Shown here: piece after piece, positions 27,290-40,441 of the stretch | Position numbering within the stretch: the stretch's first letter is position 1 | Layout of the letters: every line of letters begins with the position of its first letter | Origin: Eledone cirrhosa | Lineage: Eukaryota | DNA: 64,000 nt | Assembly: GCA_964016885.1 (NCBI GenBank) | Contig: OZ024759.1 | Span: forward strand, 23,064,001-23,128,000 | Direction: 5' to 3' | Program-made: the position numbers and the translations under genes | Notes under the pieces: model-generated | Databases searched by the model: none | The model's input: the letters and a program-made list of their open reading frames with translations, nothing else | What the model was told of the DNA's origin: nothing

Positions 27290-30200
27290 GGAAGAAAGAA
27301 GAGGAGGTAGAAGAAGAAGAAAAGAGAAAAAAAGAGAAAAAAAGAGAAAGAAAAAAAGAGAAAAAAGAGAAAAGGAGAAGAAAAGGAGAAGAAAAGGAGA
27401 AGAAAAGGAGAAGAAAAGGAGAGAAAAAAGAAGAGAAAAAAAAGAAGAGAAAAAAAAGAAGAGAAAAAAAAGAAGAGAAAAAAAGAAGAGAAAAAAAGAA
27501 GAGAAAAAAAGAAGAGAAAAAAAGAAGAGAAAAAAAGAGAAAAAAGAGAAAAAAAGAAGAGAAAAAAAGAAGAGAAAAAAGAAGAAGAAAAAAGAAGGCG
27601 AAGGCAAAGGCAAAGAAAAGACATTTAATCAAACCTAAAAGCATGAAAAGCAAAGTTGACCTATAGAGGATTTGAACGAAGGCCACAACGATGCAGGATT
27701 CCATACCAGAGTGTGTTTCATCCAACATAACGACTGCTAACTGCCATTTCTGTAATATGGGAGAGGATGGGAGGAGGGTTGTTGGAACTAATGAAATGGC
27801 TATTGTGGTTATATTGCTGAACAGCATGAGACGTGACAATATCGCAGATATATGTTGTAATGTAATGACAGTGGAGAGGTGTCAGGTAATGACAGGAAAC
27901 TGCGGGAGGAGAAGAGGAGTGGAAGAGAAGGGGGAGAAGAAGAGAGAAGAAGGGGGGAGGAAGAAGAGAGGAAAGAGGAGAGGAGAGGAAAGAGGAGAGG
28001 AAGAGGAGAGGAAGAGGGGAGGAAGAGGGGAGGAAGAGGGGAGGAAGAGGGGAGGAAGAGGAGAGGAAGAGGGGAGGAAGAGGAGAGGAAGAGGGGAGGA
28101 AGAGGAGAGGAAGAGGGGAGGAAGAGGGGAGGAAGAGGGGAGGAAGAGGAGAGGAAGAGGGGAGGAAGAGGGGAGGAAGAGGGGAGGAAGAGGGGAGGAA
28201 GAGGAGAGGAAGAGGAGAGGAAGAGGGGAGGAAGAGGGGAGGAAGAGGGGAGGAAGAGGGGAGGAAGAGGGGAGGAAGAGGGGAGGAAGAGGAGAGGAAG
28301 AGGAGAGGAAGAGGAGAGGAAGAGGGGAGGAAGAGGAGAGGAAGAGGAGAGGAAGAGGAGAGGAAGAGGAGATGAAGAGGGGGGGGGGGAAGAGGAGAGG
28401 AGAGGAGAGGAAGAGGGGGGAAGAGGAGAGGAGAGGAAGAGGGGGGAAGAGGAGAGGAGGAGGAGAGGGAAGAGGAGAGGGAAGAGGAGAGGGAAGAGGA
28501 GAGGGAAGAGGAGAAGGAAAGGAGAGGAGGAAAGGGGGAGAAGAGGGGGAGAAGAGAAGAGGGGGAGAAGAGGAGGAGGAGGAGAGGAGGAGAAGGAGGA
28601 GGAGGAGGAGGAGGAGAGGAGGAGGAGAGGAGGAGGAGGAGGAGAGGCGAAGAGGAGAGGGAGAGGAGAAGAGGCGAAGAGGAGAGGGAGAGGAGGAGAG
28701 GGAGAGGAGAAGGAAGAGGAGAAGAGGAGAGAAGGAGAGGAGGAGAGAAGAGAAGAGAAGAGAAGGAGAGGAGAAGAGGAGAGGAGAAGAGAAGGAGAAG
28801 AGAAGGAGAGAAGGAGAGGAGAAGAGAAGGAGAGGAGAAGAGAAGGAGAGGAGAAGAGAAGAGAAGGAGAGGAGAAGGAGAAGGAGAGGAGAAGGAGAGG
28901 AGAAGAGAAGAGAAGGAGAAGAGAGGAGAAGGAGAGAGGGGGAGGAGAAGGAGAGGAGAGGAGAGGGAGAGGAGAGGAGAGGGAGAGGGAGAGAGGAGAG
29001 GGAGAGGGAGAGAGGAGAGGGAGAGGAGAGGAGAAGGGGAGGAGAGGAGAAGGGGAGGAGAGGAGAAGGGGAGGAGAGGAGAGGAGAAGAGAAGGAGAGG
29101 AGAAGGAGAGGAGAAGAGAAGGAGAGGAGAAGAGAAGGAGAGGAGAAGAGAAGGAGAAGAGAAGGAGAAGGAGAGGAGAAGGAGAGGAAAAGGGGAGGAA
29201 AAGGGGAGGAAAAGGGGAGGAAAAGGGGAGGAAAAGGGGAGGAAAAGGGGAGGAAAAGGGGAGGAAAAGGGGAGAAGGAGAGGAGAAGGGGAGGAAAAGG
29301 AGAGGAGGAGGAGAAGAAGAGAAGAAGAAGAAGAAGAAGAAGAGGAGAAGAAGAAGAAGAGGAGAAGAAGAAGAGGAGGAGAAGAGGAGGAGGAGAAAGA
29401 GGAGAAAGAGGAGGAGGAGGAGGAGGAGAAAGAGGAGGAGGAGGAGGAGAAAGAGGAGGAGGAGAGGAGAAGAGGAGGAAGAGGAGGAGAGGAGGAAGAG
29501 GAGAAGAGGAGGAAGAGGAGGAAGAGGAGAAGAGGAGAAGAGGAGAAGAGGAGGAGGAGGAGAAGAGGAGGAGGAGAAGCGGAAGAGGAGGAAGAGGAGG
29601 AGGAGGAGGAAGAGGAGAAGAGGAAGAGGAGGAGGAAGAGGAGAAGAGGAAGAGGAGGAGAAGCGGAAGAGGAGGAGGAGGAGAAGCGGAGGAGGAGGAT
29701 GAGAGGAGATGAGAGGAGAGGAGGAGAGGAGGAGAGGGGATGAGAGGAGGAGAAGGAGGAGGAGAGGAGGAGAAGGAGGAGGGGGAGAGGAGGAGAAGGA
29801 GAAGGAGGAGAGGAGCAGAGGAGGGGGAGGAGAGGGGAGGAGGAGGAGAGGGTGGAGGAGGAGGAGAGGGGGGAGGAGGAGGAGAGGGGGAGGAGGAGCG
29901 GAAAAGGAGAGGGAGAGAAAAAGGATGAAAAGGAGAGAGAAAAGGGAGAAGGAGAAGAAGGAGAGGAAGGAGAAGGAGAGGAAGGAGAGGGAGAGGAAGG
30001 AGAGGGAGAGGAAGGAGAGGGAGAGGAAGGAGAGGAAGAGGAAGGAGAGGGAGAGGAAGGAGGAGGAAGGAGGAGGAGGAGGAGGAGGAGAAGAAGGAGA
30101 AGAAGGAGGGAGGAGAAGGAGAAGAAGGAGAAAAAGGAGGGAGGAGAAGGAGAAGGAGGAGAAGGAGAATAAGGAGAAGAAGGAGGGAGGAAGGAGAGGG

Positions 30201-30472
30201 AGGAAGGAGAGGGAGGAGAGGGAGGGAGGAGAGGGAGGAGAGGGAGGGAGGAGAGGGAGGGAGGAGAGGGAGGGAGGAGAGGGAGGAGAGGGAGGGAGGA
30301 GAGGGAGAGAGGAGAGGGAGAGGGAGGAGAGGGAGGGAGGAGAGGGAAGGAGGGGGAGAGGAGGATGAGAGGAAGGAGGGGGAGAGGAGGATGAGAGGAA
30401 GGGGAGTAGAGGAGAGGAAGGGGAGGAGAGGAAGGGGAGGAGAGGAAGGGGAGGAAGAGGAGGGAAAAGAGG
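27290..30472. repeat. Polypurine (GA-rich) low-complexity tracts at 27290-27620 and 27905-30472
   Basis: Almost purely A/G on the plus strand (AAGAGAAAAA, GAGGAAGAGG, GGA units). Confidence 0.95.
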
Positions 30473-30895
30473 ACGTAAAACGGTGATATATAATAATGGA
30501 ACAAAGCTTATCGAATAGAATGGACACAGCTTTGGTAATTTCATCGCTCACTCAATAATTTAATTAAATCCGAATTATTAGAATTCAAACCCAACTGATT
30601 AGAGTGTACATTTAAATATTAATCAGTGAGGAAGATGTCGTGTGGGTAGGAAATTTGAGTTACCCGGATTGATGCCCTAATTTTTACGCTTCTTAACTGC
30701 CGGTCATGGTCCCAATAGAAGCACCACGTGGTTGGTGTTAGGAAGTGCACCCAGTCATAGAAAACCAAGTCAAAATTAAACTGTATGGTCACCTAAACTC
30801 TCTAGCTAGACAACCACTCCAATACATGCAAGCATTGAAATTAGAGGTTACAAAGTGATGATGATGATACACACATGCATATGTATATACACTTA

Positions 30896-31779
30896 CGAGG
30901 TGTGTCAGAAAAGTTCCAGGAGTGATGTCACAAAAGATTTATTTCAAACGCAAACTTCACACTAAGAATTTTCTCCTTCAAAGTAATCCCCCTGGAGTAT
31001 GTAACTGTAATCTTAGCTCTCTGCAGCGATCAAACTTTTTTCTTCATAATTTTATATACATGTCCCCTGTTTCAGGTCGTCAAGCAATGAGCACAGAGCA
31101 ATGAACAAACTTGAAGTTTCTGGTACGGTTGGGGAAAACAGCGTCAGAAGCACTGGGATTGCTGCAGCAAGTGTATGGAGATGAGACGATGTCACACTCA
31201 CAGGTTTTTGAGTGATGCAAGATGACCCCAGGAGCGGAAGGCCCTCAACAACCAGGACTGAGGTCAACGTTGAGCGCGTCAGGCAGATGGTGCGTAGCGA
31301 TCGTCGGCTGACTGTTCGACTAATGGCAAATGAGCTGGGCATGTGTCGGGACAGCGTCTGGAAGATTCTCACTGAAGATTTGGACATGCGGAAAGTCTGC
31401 GCGAAGATGGTGCCAAAACTGCTGAAAGATGACCAGAAGGGTCGACGTATGCAAGTGTGCCAGGACATCCTCGAGCGTCTTGAAACCGAACCAGACTTGC
31501 TAGGGACAGTCATCACCGGTGATGAGTCATGGATCTTTGAGTACGACCCAGAGGGGACCCGTTTTGAAGACGTGGGCGACATCAAAAAGGCCGTGACGAC
31601 GGAACTGCGGAGGATCCTGAAAGAATCCTTCCAAGAGTGCATGCAAGCGTGGCAGAAAAGGATGTAAAAGTGCATTAAACTCCAGGGGGATTACTTTGAA
31701 GGAGAAAACTCAGTGTCAAATTTGGGTTTGAAATAAATCTTTTGTGACATCAGTCCTGGAACTTTTCTGACCCACCTCG
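30896..31779 (+). mobile_element. Internally deleted mariner transposon with TA target duplication and about 100-bp inverted ends
   Basis: TA|CGAGGTGTGTCAGAAAAGTTCCAGGA...TCCTGGAACTTTTCTGACCCACCTCG|TA. ORF has DDPRSGRPST, KVCAKMVPKLL and ITGDESWIFEYDPE fused to C-terminal GTRFED...GDYFE. Confidence 0.95.
31088..31710 (+). pseudogene. Mariner transposase remnant: HTH region and first catalytic Asp, rest of the DDD domain deleted
   Basis: ORF 31212..31667; second Asp region and YSPDLAP-type motif absent; a stop codon precedes KCIKLQGDYFE. Confidence 0.88.
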
Positions 31780-32099
31780 TATATACATATATATGGTTGT
31801 CTCTGTGTGTATGTGTGTGTGTTTGTGTATGCGTGTGTGTTTGTGTGTGCGTGTGTGTTTGTGTGTGCGTGTGTGTTCAATTCTTGTGTTCTATGCTGTG
31901 TGTATAATTTAACATTAAACTCTTAATGTCTGTTATTAAAGATTATTATGACTCCTTACGGCAGTTAAAGAATCCAAAGCTGTTATTATTACATGATTCT
32001 CAGCGATAAACTCCCAGCAACACTCTTGCAACTTTAAATATCTTTTTTATAGCTATTATCCTCTTCCTCCTCCTCCTCTCTTCACGAATAATCTGTTTG

Positions 32100-33930
32100 T
32101 ATTTGCTTTAGGGTGAAATGCTCTGTACAATGTCATTATCTTTCTCGTCTCTCTATCCAGCTTTGCTATTTCTTCTTCAGTCCATCTGAGATGGACACAC
32201 TACATCTAACCACTGCAACTGCCCAAATATTCATTGCAGTGACTAGATTTCTTGCATTCAGGTTGGATTTTAAGATGACATTTAGTCTTTTCAAATATAT
32301 ATCTCTAACCTTTCCTTTCCGCATATAAAATGTATTCCAGTTCTAAAATCCCCAAATACTTGCATCCCCTATCTTCCAATTCCCCTATAGTTTCTCCCAT
32401 TGGCAGCCTTAATCCACTATAATCTTCTTTTTTTTATATTGAGCATGAAGCATTTTGAAATCCCAAATTCCCTAATGATATCACTGTTAAATACCAGAAC
32501 TGTTTTAACCAAAGAATCTATCAGGTTTTCAGACTTCCCAAACAGTTTCAGGTCATCCATAAACTGAAGATGGTTTATGCATAGTCCTTTCTTTCCACAT
32601 TAGTAAACCATTTTAACTTTCCTAAGTGTCAGTGTTAAAGGTATAAGTGCAATGACAAATAGCATTGGTGAAGACGGGTCACTTTGGAAAATGCACCCTT
32701 TAATTTCTACTTCTCCAGGGAATATATTGCTCGAGTACAACCTTGTCTTAAACTCTAGCATACTATCATCATCATCATCTTTGCCCAATTATTCCTGAGA
32801 GGGTTGTGGGGTCAGAGTCCTCAAACACTCCCTCCAGTGGGTCCTGTCCGAAGCAACCATCTCCAACTGATCCGGCTGGATCTATAAGCGTGACCAGCCA
32901 TCTTGATCAGAGTCTACTCCTGAGTCTCCTACCTGTTGGTTTTGCCCGTGAAATCTGTCCATCAATTCTAGCATACTATTCAGAAGAAAATTTACATTTA
33001 CAAGCATTCAACAATCCAAGAATGAGGCACCATAATATATGCTTTCTTAAAGTCAATCCAGGTCAGAGATGTTGATATGATGTTTTTTACAATGGTGATC
33101 TTTGGTATCCTGAGATCTTCTGAATCTGTAATGTTCCTTCATGCAAAAGAAAAGTATGTACCTTCTCAGCAAATATCCCAGTTAATACCTCCCCTATGTT
33201 CAATCATGCTATAAGACAATAGTTTCCTATAATATTCCACTTACTTCTATCATTTATTATAAGCATTGTTCTTCATGTTACCATCGAAGAGGGAATTGTA
33301 CCTCTCTGAACTCATTCATTTAATTAAGTTGCCAGTCTTTCATAAATTGTTATCATTATTATATAAATAAAGTACCAGTAATACACCGATATAATTACTG
33401 GCCTTGTGCCAAAAGTAGAAACAATTATTATATAAATAACTAAGTTTCAGAAGGCCAGTACAATGCAGTAGAAATATATAAAGGATAAAAGATGACAAAT
33501 AAACAAAGTAATATTTTAACCCAGTATATTTCAAGGCTAAAGCCCACTTTTCAAATGAAAAACTGATTGATGTATTCTTCCCTAATTGTTCTAAGTGTCT
33601 AAAATACGCATGCATCGATCAGTTATAGCAGACAATTTACTTCATGCATTTCCAATCTATTATTTATTTGTGGTTTTTTCTTACTAATGATAATAGCCTC
33701 TTTGATTCTTAAATTTCCCACATTCCTTTCCGTCGCCTCTATGGTAACCTCAATGTTTCGGCTTACCAATAGGGTCCTTAGTGTTTGGGGTAATCTCACA
33801 TCTGTTGAGTTCCTAAACTACCACTGGCTAATTGTGTTACCAATTTGTTAATTGTTACCCGCCTTTTTGTTTTCTTGATATGTTTATATGAATATCCCTA
33901 CTGTCTTTATTGTATTGTCTTCAATATTTT
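32100..33930 (-). mobile_element. Degenerate R4/Dong-like non-LTR retrotransposon RT fragment, interrupted by RTE (about 32775-32970) and SINE A (about 33368-33425) pieces
   Basis: Minus strand: EIKGCIFQSDPSSPMLFVIALIPLT and LCINHLQFMDDLKLFGKSENL (GIFQGD.LSP and MDDLKL motifs). Clade assignment is from motif memory. Confidence 0.75.
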
Positions 33931-34479
33931 CAGCCCTTGCGATGATGATCATCATCATTTAATGTCCATCGTCCACATTTGTATGGGTTAGACAGGTTGT
34001 CAAATTATGCTCATACAGATCTGTATTTTGGCTTGGTTTCTATGGATGGATGCCCTTCTGAACACCAACTTTGTTACAGTGTGTCACCAACATGATCATA
34101 TTACAGAATGGACTAGCTGCTTTTGCTGTTGTGGTCAATAAAGAAATTATTAGTAGTAGTATTATTACTTGTATGGCACTATTAAGTTAGACATGGCCTG
34201 TTCCAATACTGGTAGAAACCTATATACCCCCGTATAGGTATCGTTTCTGTCTTTAATCCTCCACATTCTGGTCATTTCTATCTCCAAATTTTTATATTTG
34301 GATAGTTTCTGCATTTCTTCTTCGTATTATTATTATTTTGTTGTAACTTTCTTTTTTGGTGGTGGGGAGACACTTATCAAAACCACGTGGACCTAGTGGA
34401 CCTTAATTTTTGCCCCCAATTTCGCCCTTTATCACTGACATTTACCTGTTATTGTTTTAGTCTTTGATATATCTACCGT

Positions 34480-34920
34480 GAAGGTGCGTGGCTGAGAGAT
34501 AAGAGAATTGGATTCGCAATCGTGAGGTTGTGTGTTTGATTCCTGGACTGGGTGATACATTATGTTCTTGAGTAAGACGCTTTATTCCACGTTGCTCCTT
34601 CTACTTGGAGTTGCGACCGACAGAGAGTATTAGAAATTGGAAAGACGAACGGAAACATTGTTTCCTCGGTCCGATTTGACAAAAGTCGATCGACTGTCGA
34701 TATCTGCATAACGTCGTGGCTTCGTTTTCTGGACTTGTGGTGTCTTGTTTTCTTGAGCAAAAGATTTCATTTCATGTTGAAAGTGGGTTCCAGATTTAAC
34801 TCTGATGAACTAGCGTCGTATCCAGGAGGGAGTCGTATACTCTCAGTCGCTTCCCGCTTTGAAAACCAGGATACACACCAGCCTGATGAGCCCCTAGGCT
34901 CGAAACAGACTTTAGACTTT
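34480..34920 (+). mobile_element. SINE family B, degenerate or composite
   Basis: tRNA-like head, TTCTTGAG(T/C)AA core twice, tail ...GCCTGATGAGCCCCTAGGCTCGAAACAGACTTT. Confidence 0.65.
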
Positions 34921-36237
34921 TTATCTGCTTATAACCTAGAGAGAAGATGGGCTCCGCCAGGTTTTTAAAATGCCAAGGTTACGCTGTAAATCACTACGGA
35001 GCCTATACGTCTCCACATATCTGCATATAAATTGTAGGTTGTAGTCATTTTGTAGTCGAAATAAATATGTGAGGGGGGGGGGGGGGGGGGCAGCGCGTGC
35101 ATGCGTGCGTATACGTGTGTATATATATCTGATTGTATATGTGAATGTATCTAGATGTGTCTATATATGTGTGATTCCGTGTTTGTTCTTACGTCTGTGA
35201 TTATGCCCCATAACTTAGCGGTTCGACCAAAAAGCGATCGATAAAATAACTATTAAACTTCAATAAATACGCAATTCGGCGGGGAGGACAATATCTAATC
35301 ACATAAATACGTGTTTAATTCTATACAAAATTACAAAAAAAAACAAACAAAAAAAAGAATGTTTCAAGGGAAGTAACTATCAACAACATGTTTTAAGGGG
35401 AAGTCACTCTATCGACAAAGAGAAATGAGTTAAGTCGCTTGCAAAAAAAGTATTTTTTTCTCATAATTAGAAATTATGTAATAGAAAGAGAAAAAAAGAA
35501 AGCTATATATAAGAGTCATTTGGAAAGATGGCGAAGTGGTGAGGATGGAATATTTTGACGTGTTAGTGCTCTGCTCCCTGAGTGAAAAATTCTGCTGAGG
35601 TCAACTATGCTTTTCATCCTTTCAAGGACGATAATATAGGTACCAGTCAAAAACCGAGATCGATTTTTCCTCTACACCTCTTTCTTAATCCTCCCCCTTT
35701 CTCTCACGTACACATACATATTGTGTGTGTGTGTGTAAAGTAAACGGGGAAATAAACAACAACAGACGATGTCCAGTGAAAGTATAAATTGGTTTCACGC
35801 TTAATACAGTAAGGAAAGTCTTAACGTTTTGGACGCTAGTCCTTCGTTAGAAAGTAGAATGAGAAATTAAAGATAGAAGAGAGTGAGCAGGGATAGAAAC
35901 GGAAAAGAAAAAAAAAGCAGTTCTGTTCATTTCGCTATCTCTTTAATTCTCTGGTAGAGACTAGCTGTGTTCTTACAGAGAGGGGAATGGGTTCAGCCAC
36001 GGTTAAAGTACTCAAGACACGTCGTATGTAACGATAGTGTTTTGTTGCAGTTCTTTAGATCTGGGTGGTATCAACATCATGGCTGAGGCCCTTAGGTTCT
36101 CAGGTTTTCCCCTCACCATTTAACCACTGGAGTCCTACAAGACATATGTCTAGCTGAAATCAAGAGTTATGAAACTATATATTTCTTTGTTATAAAAACA
36201 CCGTCGTTTTTGACGGACACTATGTTTATATATATAT

Positions 36238-36333
<96 letters not shown>

Positions 36334-36776
36334 CAGCTCGCTTGACCGCCAGTATATCAAAAGAAATCTGCATCTGAAATGCATTTTGTCTGACGAGAAC
36401 ATGCTTTGGTTTATGGTATACACAAGCCTTGCATCTTCGAAATATCTATCTATCTACCTATCCGTCATCACCACCATCGTCATCCCTACCACCAGCATAT
36501 ATATATATATTAGCTTAACTCTTGGTTTAGTAGAAAAAGAACTATAACGTTTAGGGCGTTAGTTCTTCATCAGAAGGTAGAATGAGAAACAGAATAAAAT
36601 AGAAAGATAGAGGAGAGGAAGAAGAGGAAAAATACTGGGATGGGTAGAAAAAGAACGTATGTTCAGCCATAGTGCGGTGCGGTGCGGTGCAGTGCGGTGC
36701 GGTGCGGTGCGGTGCGGGTGTGTGTGTGTGTATATATATAACGTGTATAGAAGTTATATATATATATATATATATA

Positions 36777-36947
36777 GTGGTAGAACACTGGAAGGTAATA
36801 TCTGTAGTGGTAGAGCACTCAGTCCATGGGACGAGTTTGGTAGTAGCGGTCACACAACAGTTAGTTCACCATACCGAGAACAATTGTTTCACCTTAGCGG
36901 ATCCGCTAAGGTGAAACGGTATGGTGAACTAACTGTTGTGTAACCAC

Positions 36948-36950
<3 letters not shown>
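36777..36950 (-). mobile_element. pLTR-like fragment with a perfect fold-back at the 3' half of an HHR
   Basis: Perfect 32-bp palindrome at 36886-36917; outer arms 36848-36876 and 36917-36945; minus strand reads GAAACAATTGTT; flanked by (TA)n and (TC)n(TA)n. Confidence 0.55.
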
Positions 36951-37022
<72 letters not shown>

Positions 37023-37337
37023 TACATATATATATATACACACACACACATATATATATATATACACACATACATATATATATATATATACACACATACA
37101 TATATACACACATACATATATATATACACATACATATATATATATACACACATACATATATATATATACACACATACATATATATATATACACACATACA
37201 TATATATATATACACACACATACATATATATATATATACACACACATACATATATATATATATACACACATACATATATATATATATATACACACATACA
37301 TATATATATATATACACACATACATATATATATATAT

Positions 37338-37371
<34 letters not shown>

Positions 37372-37540
37372 ATACATACATATATATATATACACACATA
37401 TATATACACATACATATATATATATATACACATACATATATATATATATACACATACATATATATATATACATACGCATACATATATATATATACATACA
37501 TACATATATATATATATACACATACATATATACATACATC
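36950..37540. repeat. (TC)n then (TA)n/(CA)n microsatellite
   Basis: Read directly. Confidence 0.95.
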
Positions 37541-38255
37541 ATGATCTTTTAATATATATACACATAAATAAGATTTGTATGAGCCGTTTAAACAAAGTTT
37601 TCCATCCTTGGGAGGTGACCAGCTGCTAAAGTAGCACTTCCGGCGCCATATTACGTAATGTCTGCTGATATTGCCTAACAACAGTGGAAACAGGATATCA
37701 TATATACCGGGGTTGATTATCTAATATCAGTAACCTGACGTAGTCGTTTATCCTTTGATTAACGTATGTATGCACTCTGAGTAATGGGTTTGTATTTCTA
37801 AAGTACAAACCTTATATCACTTAGTGAGTAAGAAACGACCGAAGCTGCTCCGATAAGCATCATATATAAAGGTGCGTGCGTGCGTGCGTGCGTGCGTGCA
37901 AACACAGATACGGAAACAACGATATTAGGTTCACGCTTAGAAGGGAAACAAGGGAGTTCTACGTATCGAATTTTAGCCCTTCATCAGTTGAATACAAGTA
38001 GAAAGATAGAAAAAAGTTAAGAAAACAAATAGAAAGGGGTAGACCTATAAAGGATGATGTATGTACTCAAGCGCTGAGATGTTATAAACATCGCTTATAA
38101 TATAGGGGGAAGGCCCTTAAAATACGGTAAAAAGTGCCATCGGTCGTTAGAGGAAGCGAACCCTATGTCTCCCAGACACCGGCCGATGGCAATTTATAAG
38201 TTATTTTTATAGCATCTCTGCGCTTGAGCACATCATCCTTTCGTATATATATATA

Positions 38256-38438
38256 GGCAGACGTCAAGACGGGCGGTCTCAAAAGTGAAACGAATTTTTG
38301 ACAGTTACGTATGTGATTACTTTCAATTTGGATTGTGAATTTGTTTGTTTTTTTACAACAGGTCTCTATAGTGATATGGTGTAAATTAGTATTGCGTGTA
38401 GGTGATTTTTTTTTTTTTTTTTTTGTGTATTGTGTACA

Positions 38439-38473
<35 letters not shown>

Positions 38474-38593
38474 ACAAATTCATACAAATGTGTATGTGTG
38501 CATAAATATATATATACATACACATATATAGACACATATATATACACACAAACACAAAATTAGTTTCACTTTTGAGACCGCCCGTGTTGACGT

Positions 38594-38598
<5 letters not shown>
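38256..38598. mobile_element. MITE with about 44-bp terminal inverted repeats, inserted in (TA)n
   Basis: GGCAGACGTCAAGACGGGCGGTCTCAAAAGTGAAAC ... GTTTCACTTTTGAGACCGCCCGTGTTGACGTATGCC. Confidence 0.8.
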
Positions 38599-38639
<41 letters not shown>

Positions 38640-38645
38640 CAGACA

Positions 38646-38691
<46 letters not shown>

Positions 38692-39013
38692 GACAGACAT
38701 ATATATATATATATTCCCTCGCTATCATATCCAATTAGCACTGTATAGATTACAATGTTTTGTATTCGTTCCGCCAAATAACTTCAAACCGCCGACATAA
38801 CAGCACTAATACAATCACCACCACTGCTTCCAACAACACCACCACTACCGACGCCATCGTTACAACACCACTAGCAACACCACACTACCGACCACTACCA
38901 CCTGATTCCAGTCACCACACCAATGGGTGGGGATGGGGTGGGGTGTTATTGGTGGTAGTGGTGCTATTGTTGAATCTGATATTCGTGGTGGTGGTAATAT
39001 TGATAGTGCTGAT

Positions 39014-39246
<233 letters not shown>

Positions 39247-39401
39247 TATGCAGTGCTGAGACCGAGGTGGCCAGAGCTTCTCAAACTTTTGGGCCCACGG
39301 CCTCGTAATACCCTCAGCGCCCACCACCCCTATTTCCAGAGAGACCTGCCTACATGCAAATTGTAAATAATATATAACAAATGAAATCGTTTATTTATAT
39401 A

Positions 39402-40012
39402 TAACGAGCAGAATGGCCCGGCGTTGCTCGGGATTTGCTCTAGGGTTCTTATATATTTGATATATATTTATCCTTATCGAGCTTCGAGAAATAAATACGT
39501 TTGTTTATATTATGTTATTGTGTATGCAAAAATATCTGTACACGAATATATAATTATATATATAGATATATATATTAAAATAACAGATTAAAGTTTAAAC
39601 AAAGAATCGCTGCTTTCAATCTTAACGGGATCTTCTGAAACTAAAAAAAAATCAATCTGTGAACGTAGAAGTAAATATTTCGAAAAACTTTACACACTAT
39701 ATATATATATATATACACACACACACAGCGTCATAGTGTCGTAATACAGACATACAGACAGACAGATATTATAAGGGCGCAACGTTATAGCTATGTATCT
39801 ATCTAAAAAGAAAGACTAAGAATTATAGAGAGAGATCGCTAAATCGCCTAATGCGGTCCCTTGGGCATTGAAAATTTGAAATATGAATTTGTTTTGCTCA
39901 AAACATTCACAGGACCATAAGAATTACATGTGTAAAGTTTGAAAACAATCGGTTGGGTGGTTCTCGAGTTTTAGGGAGACAGACAGACATTCTCTGTTTT
40001 AGATATATAGAT
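39402..40012 (-). mobile_element. Non-autonomous Helitron-like element
   Basis: Minus strand starts A|TCTATATATCTAAAACAGAGAATGTCTGTCTGTC and ends with hairpin CCCGAGCAACGCCGGG then CTCG|T (CTAG in the 63219 copy). Confidence 0.65.
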
Positions 40013-40065
40013 AAACAATATACTATATACTATGTATAAATAAATATTATATATTTTACTATATA

Positions 40066-40441
40066 TGTTTCTACTTTTGGCACAAGGCCGGCAATTATCC
40101 CAGTGTATTACTGGTACTTTATTTTATCGACCCCGTAAGGATGAAAGGCAAAGTTAACCTCGGCGGGATTTGAACTCAGAATGGAAAGAGGCATAACTCT
40201 TTGCGTCAAAGCATGGCGTCCGACCCTCTACCGATACTGCCAATCCACTATATTTATATATAATTGTTTCTACTTTAGGCACAAGGCCAGCAATTACCCA
40301 GTGCATTACTGGTACTTTATTTTATCGACCCCGTAAGGATGAAAGGCAAAGTCAACCTCGGTGGGATTTGAACTCAGATCGTAAAGGGACGTAACTATGC
40401 TGGAAAGGTTGGCGTCCGACCCTCTACCGATACTCCCAATC
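40066..40441 (-). mobile_element. Two tandem full-length family A SINEs
   Basis: 40066-40248 and 40262-40441 both match family A. Confidence 0.9.

Noticed and set aside
34883-34912. CTGATGAGCCCCTAGGCTCGAAAC hammerhead look-alike
   Set aside because: It is the SINE B tail hairpin; two extra bases precede GAAA, stems I and III are missing, and the 41460 and 44530 copies do not keep the core.
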